A stretch of 56,472 nucleotides of DNA, the filler included, from Sluysia triapertura (Eukaryota), in assembly GCA_046118255.1 (NCBI GenBank). It is 4 parts of 4 records of this genome, joined end to end, with 100 filler letters (N's around TTAATTAATTAA, not from the genome) between each part and the next. Parts side by side here need not be neighbours in the genome. Positions count along the whole stretch, not along the records: positions 44,223 to 56,472 come from JBJNIA010125744.1; 3 more parts are not named here. The stretch is one strand, 5' to 3'. The notes under the pieces were generated by a model, which saw only the letters and a program-made list of their open reading frames with translations, was not told where the DNA came from and did no database searches. The position numbers and the translations under genes were made by a program. Within the stretch, counting starts at the first letter, position 1; each line of letters opens with the position of its first letter. Positions 51,401 to 56,472 of the stretch are shown piece by piece.

Positions 51401-52156
51401 CGGTTCTGCGCTCACTTACAATCAATCAACATAATTACATCCGATATTAACTACTACGAATTATGTATTACACATTTTCAAACTTCTTATTTCATCATTT
51501 TTGACCATAATTGTCATCAACTTTATTAGCATTAATACCTAAAATAAAATAAATATCCAAATCGTTTATATTATTTTTAGCACTAATATCTACTATAGAA
51601 TAAATATTCGAAATTATCATCAGTATTAAATTTTAACAATTGAAATTGTTTATTATATTTTGGATGTTTCTCCATTTTTATTTTTAATTTATTATCTATT
51701 TTTATTATTTCTTTTTCGTATATTTATAAATACAACACAATACATCCACTATTACAGTGATGTCACTTATTTTTAATTCACTTTTATTTTTTATATATTT
51801 TATTATCTTTCTTATAACAATGGCAATTCATTCAATTATGCTACGGTGGTTATTGACATTGCAAGATTATTCATTTCAGATAAAGCATATTCCTGTCAGG
51901 GATTAACATATTTATAAATAATTCATCGAGAATTCCAATCAATCTGAACAATGTTACTTTTAACTTGGAATCGAAATAAAGTGTTATTTTTACAATTCAA
52001 ACCTGTCGCTGTCCTGACACAGTGTCAGAATATTCTAACTCATAATAATTGTTCTTATCAACCTCCTATAAACCAACTTATAATAACTTTGGGATGATTT
52101 ACTTTTTTCATTCATTATATACGGTATCAGCAATTAACGCAAGAAATCATATAAAC

Positions 52157-52380
52157 CAGCGTTTCTCAATCTTTTTACCCCGCGACCCAATAAAATTTTT
52201 TCAGATTGTTCTGCAACCCAATTTTTTTATTATAAAAGGAATACTAAGAAATAAAAAAGATATACACTATTGGCTCCAATTAGCGTTTTGATTGTATAAA
52301 TTAATTTTTTGTATGTAATTTTTATTTATATTATAATATATTAAGCCGTGAGTCCGCGACCCAACGGTTGAAAAACCGTG
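52157..52380. mobile_element. Charlie/Buster-type hAT MITE (224 bp)
   Basis: TIRs CAGCGTTTCTCAATC and rc CACGGTTTTTCAACC. Repeated CCGCGACCCAA subterminal motif. The 8-bp flanks ATATAAAC and CTCTAAAC are 6/8 identical, with a central TA. Confidence 0.8.
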
Positions 52381-54598
52381 CTCTAAACCATCATGCGGAG
52401 AAAGGGAGACTAACATTTAAAAGCAAAATCATTATTTGCTCATTTGAATGTATTTTGAAGTAATTTCAAATACTCATTGGCTGCTGTTCAAAACAGAATG
52501 AAACATCGTATTCGTACTTGTATTTATTTGTGTTATTTTCCACGATATTTAAATTAAATGTAAAATTAAAAATAGAAAACAATGAGTCTTTAATTTCCAT
52601 TAAAAAATAACACAGCCTAGATTTAGAAACGATAGATTCACATTGTAATTATTGCATTTGCAAACTTGTAAACTTGATGGAAATTAATTTAATTATTCTT
52701 TTTTTGCATTTTAACTGTGTGTATCCAGAATTATAATGGTACTTGATAAGTCTATTTCTTCATATTACATTTATTTTAGGTTATTTAAAATTTAGAAACA
52801 TAATAGACCAATCAATTGCAGAGAAAAGTACATACAAGCAGATGAACATGTTCGTGAATGCCATCTTTATGAGTTTAAGTATGCCGAATCTCAACGATCT
52901 GTTTTTCACATTCGCTCAAAATTCTGAATGAACTCGCTTTCATGTTTTATTTTTAAAGCCTGCAAATTGTCCGCTACACAATGCATCAATAATTATATAA
53001 GAATGAGGATAAAACAAGAATAGCGATTCCTGGATACCAATAAGTATCCATTTACCGTTTTCAGAATACATTAATATATTTAATATAATTAAATAGTCCT
53101 ATATAAAATTATTGATTTTTTAAAATAATTTATATGTACACACAAACTGAAAAATTTATATAGATTAACGAGTTTTATTATAGAATACTGTGTTAATGTA
53201 TATTTCTGATTTGAATAACAAATTTTATAAATTTAGACATTTTTATTATGTCTAAAATTTTCTTATTAAAATTTCTTATTAAAAACCATAGGAAAATACT
53301 AAATCATTGTTAAGCAACAATCTATATTCAACACAAGACAAAAAGACTATTTATTCATGAATTTAGGAAAAGACAAGTAAAAAAACCTCGTAAATTCGGA
53401 TAATCTCCAGAAATTGGCAAAATGACACAAGTCTGAAATTGTTTGATGAGTTAGGAGATAAATTTTGGACAATTAAAAAAGTTGAAGATTTGCATGAAAA
53501 TTAGAAAAATTTTCATAATAAACTTTATAATTTGTTTATTTGTTGGACAATTTAAATATTTTGGAATTATATTATACAGAAGAAACTCGAGTGGGGGCTA
53601 AATTAATTTCTCAAGTTATTACAAAGACAGTAGATGCACACATTGTTTTATCCTCAAAACATATGTAAATTAATACGTAATCCAATAATAAATAAAACGA
53701 TTTCAAAACAAGACGCGAAATTAAATAAATCATAAAAAAGTCCGATATATTTACGTTACAAATTCTAAAATACAAAAATTCGCTTTATTGCATACGAGAA
53801 AAATTGATTATTGGCAGATTATTTACTCAATACTATCTATAATTGTAATAACATTTTAAAATATACATATACATATACGCATATACGTAATATTTCCCTA
53901 TCAATTCTCAGATTTCAAAAAATCACAAATCAATTGTGAAAAAATAAATGTCACACAATAATTACTTGGAAAAGAGTGAGAAAAGTGCAAACAAAAGAAA
54001 AGCTGCGACGAAATAAAGAATTTACCCTAATAATACCGATAATTAATGGAGACGATGGATTAAAAACTTATTTTAAGTTTATTAGTTAAATGCTTATTAT
54101 TTTTCTTTCTATTTAAGAACGGTTATCTGACACTATCTGAAGGAAACGAAATTCATGTACATTTTATACGAAAATTCGTTTGTGTTGTATAAGATGACTA
54201 TCCTACATTTAGAAAAGCAAACTAAAATGCTACGCAACCTTGAGGCTACCATCACATAACATCGAATTAATAAATAATATGTAAATAAGCAGTGTAAAAG
54301 TTAATTGACTCTGAATCGGTAAAATCAAGCATATCAGGCATGAGTATCAACCATTCTTTCAATAAAATTACCATCAGCTTATGGTAGAGAAATGTCAAAT
54401 AAATTTTTATCACAAGATTCTTTATATAAAAACATAAGCAAAGCTATCAAATTATTTTTAACAAAATTCAGCTTTATGAATAAGATCGTTGTTAGTGAAA
54501 ATAGAAAGTAATTGATCCCATTTTAAAAGCAAATTAAGTATCTCTACTTATATTTATTAATATTATATTAGGAATTAACTTAAATTCAAAACTATACA

Positions 54599-55057
54599 TT
54601 AATCAGCTACTGTCGTCGAGTCCGGTTCTTGCATTTCATCATCATCAGCATCATGTCTGTGTCTATGGTTCACAGCACGGTCTTCGACATCGTATTCGTC
54701 AATATTTGTACCGGAGCGTCTTCTAGCATCGTATCTGTCATCATCGTCATCACCATGTCTGACTGGAGATGAATGTGATGAAGATGGTGATGAGGTTGTG
54801 GTTGTTGTGGAGGATACTGTGAAAGGAGGTTCAGATGACTGAGGATCATATACAACAGGTGGAGGCTTAATATCACAAAGACGATGGTGATTATTGCTAT
54901 TTACTGCTGATGGAGTTGTATTATGGTCCGAACTATTAATAATAATACCATCACTATTACTGATTCTACTATTACCGCAACTGATATTCAATGACTGACA
55001 TGAACGTTTCGAATATTTAAGCATCAATTCTGATGTATTTATATCACGAATAGGTAC
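54599..55057 (-). CDS. Terminal exon of an unidentified gene (Ser/Thr/Asp/His-rich, likely disordered C-terminus)
   Basis: ACTTTAG acceptor at 55058, then 152 open codons (VPIRDINTSEL...DIKPPPVVYDPQSSEPPF...STTVAD*). GC-richer than its surroundings. A candidate preceding exon lies at about 55144-55208. Confidence 0.6.
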   Translation of the reverse strand, partial: VPIRDINTSELMLKYSKRSCQSLNISCGNSRISNSDGIIINSSDHNTTPSAVNSNNHHRLCDIKPPPVVYDPQSSEPPFTVSSTTTTTSSPSSSHSSPVRHGDDDDDRYDARRRSGTNIDEYDVEDRAVNHRHRHDADDDEMQEPDSTTVAD

Positions 55058-55389
55058 CTAAAGTAAATGTTTAATATTATTATTCAAAATCTAATATTCA
55101 ATATTATTTAATAGTGAATAAATATTAAGATCATATAATATACGATACAAAACATATATTCTGGTTGTGACCCCTTATACATTCGACATATTTCAAAAAT
55201 GCACGTAACTTAATATGATAAAAATATTAAGTTAATTTAGATGTAATTTAGTATTCTCAGTAGTTTCCAACACAAAATTAAGAAAGAAATTCGTCCAAAA
55301 TTGAACAAAAATATGGAGTGGAACTTAGAACGCGATTCTAATTAAATAGAAATGAAAGAATGACAACAAAAAACAAACCACGCTATAAC

Positions 55390-55596
55390 TGTGGTGGCCA
55401 GCATCATTATACAAAATTTTAAACACATTTTAACACTCAGCAAACCCATTTTTTAAAATAAAAAAAACGAAATGAAATTTCCATTACTCTCTCTCTTACT
55501 CATTCTCATTTCTCCTTATCTCCAATCAAATTATTCTTTTGACTTGCATTGCTCCAACACTTTCTCTCACTCTTATTCCTCTTTTCTCCAACCACA
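55390..55596 (+). mobile_element. Solo-LTR-like repeat, internally deleted
   Basis: Inverted termini TGTGGTGGCCA...CCAACCACA. The 5' end matches the 43939/44609 copies and the 3' end matches 46880-46920. Confidence 0.55.
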
Positions 55597-56349
55597 AATT
55601 AGTCTTTCCTTATATTTTATACGATGACATTTTGATCATTTTTGATAAAAACAGATATCTTTAAACTATCGTCCATAAAACTGTACGCGAAATTCAGTCT
55701 TTAGAAGCAGAAATCAATGCTTACAATTATAAAGCATCAGGATTTACTGATAATTATGATGTTGGCACCTTCAAATTCATTTTTAACATTGATAATAAGT
55801 TATTAACTATTTATATGTGTATAAAGTTAATAATTACTATGATAACGCTTCCAAATTCATTATGAATCTAGATCATACATATGAATTCATGTATTATGAT
55901 TATATCTTCTACTTGAAGCAAGATAAAGATGAATTAATCATACATGCGGTTCATAGGGTATTTAGAAATTTTACTTCCACGACCATCGAGTTAAAGCATC
56001 ATCCTGTTTGCACGATTTTACAATCTGAACAATTCAACATCTCAAAAGTAATTTTCTTATGTGTTATTGTTTATCTGTCTTATTCAAACGAACTCTCTTT
56101 CTCCCAATGTTTAATCTAGTTAATAAATCTATTATATCGCTTTATTTTATTTGTGTTCGTTTAAATTCATTTTGTAAAAAGTCATTTCTATTCTTTAGTA
56201 ACATTAATCTACATCTTAAAGAAGTTTATAAACATTTCATAATAACATTTTTAATAGATAAATCAATAACTATTTTTGAAGAAAAGTCAGAATTTATAAT
56301 CTTCAGTAATAAAAATAGCTACAATACTAAAATAAATGAAGCAAATTTA

Positions 56350-56472
56350 ATTGTAGTTGTTAAGACACACTAGATGCGAAGCAAAAATGAACATAGAAGA
56401 AAATATTAATTGTATTGTTAAAAAGTGTAAATATCAATTAAATAAAATATTATCACATATTCGAAAATTTAT
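56350..56472 (+). mobile_element. Second L2 LINE copy, runs off the window
   Basis: ATTGTTAAAAAGTGTAAATATCAATTAAA..AAATATTATCACATATTCGAAAATT is nearly identical to 49138-49190. Confidence 0.75.

Noticed and set aside
53020-53075. LMYSENGKWILIGI as a trypsin-like protease C-terminus
   Set aside because: No upstream GDSGGP and no downstream SWG motif; too short to support.
55610-56119. YDDILIIF as a Penelope RT catalytic motif
   Set aside because: It lacks YxDD spacing and the downstream FLD and YRKPT motifs.

Overview
This is a very AT-rich (roughly 75% by eye), gene-poor eukaryotic window, most likely from an animal. It consists of four contigs joined by artificial 100-nt spacers (44 N + TTAATTAATTAA + 44 N), plus one ordinary N gap. 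Supportable host genes are few: the first two exons of a malic enzyme, a small secreted fibronectin type II (FN2) domain gene, an orphan low-complexity terminal exon, and an unexplained 431-codon ORF with internal tandem repeats. The introns that can be resolved are mostly tiny (38-44 nt), which suggests a compact-intron, possibly parasitic metazoan such as an orthonectid; this is inference only. Decayed host genes include an intronless cyclin B/A-like copy and a probable CCCH zinc-finger remnant. Most other recognisable sequence is dead transposable elements: Gypsy (PBS, gag, zinc knuckle, protease, integrase), L2/CR1 LINEs, Tc1/Tc3, Tigger/pogo, hAT and piggyBac elements or MITEs, solo-LTR-like repeats and a tRNA-containing repeat. 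(AAT)n microsatellites are frequent. I found no convincing multi-gene novel system. The best leads are the 431-codon orphan ORF, the FN2 mini-protein, the tRNA-containing repeat and the cyclin copy.
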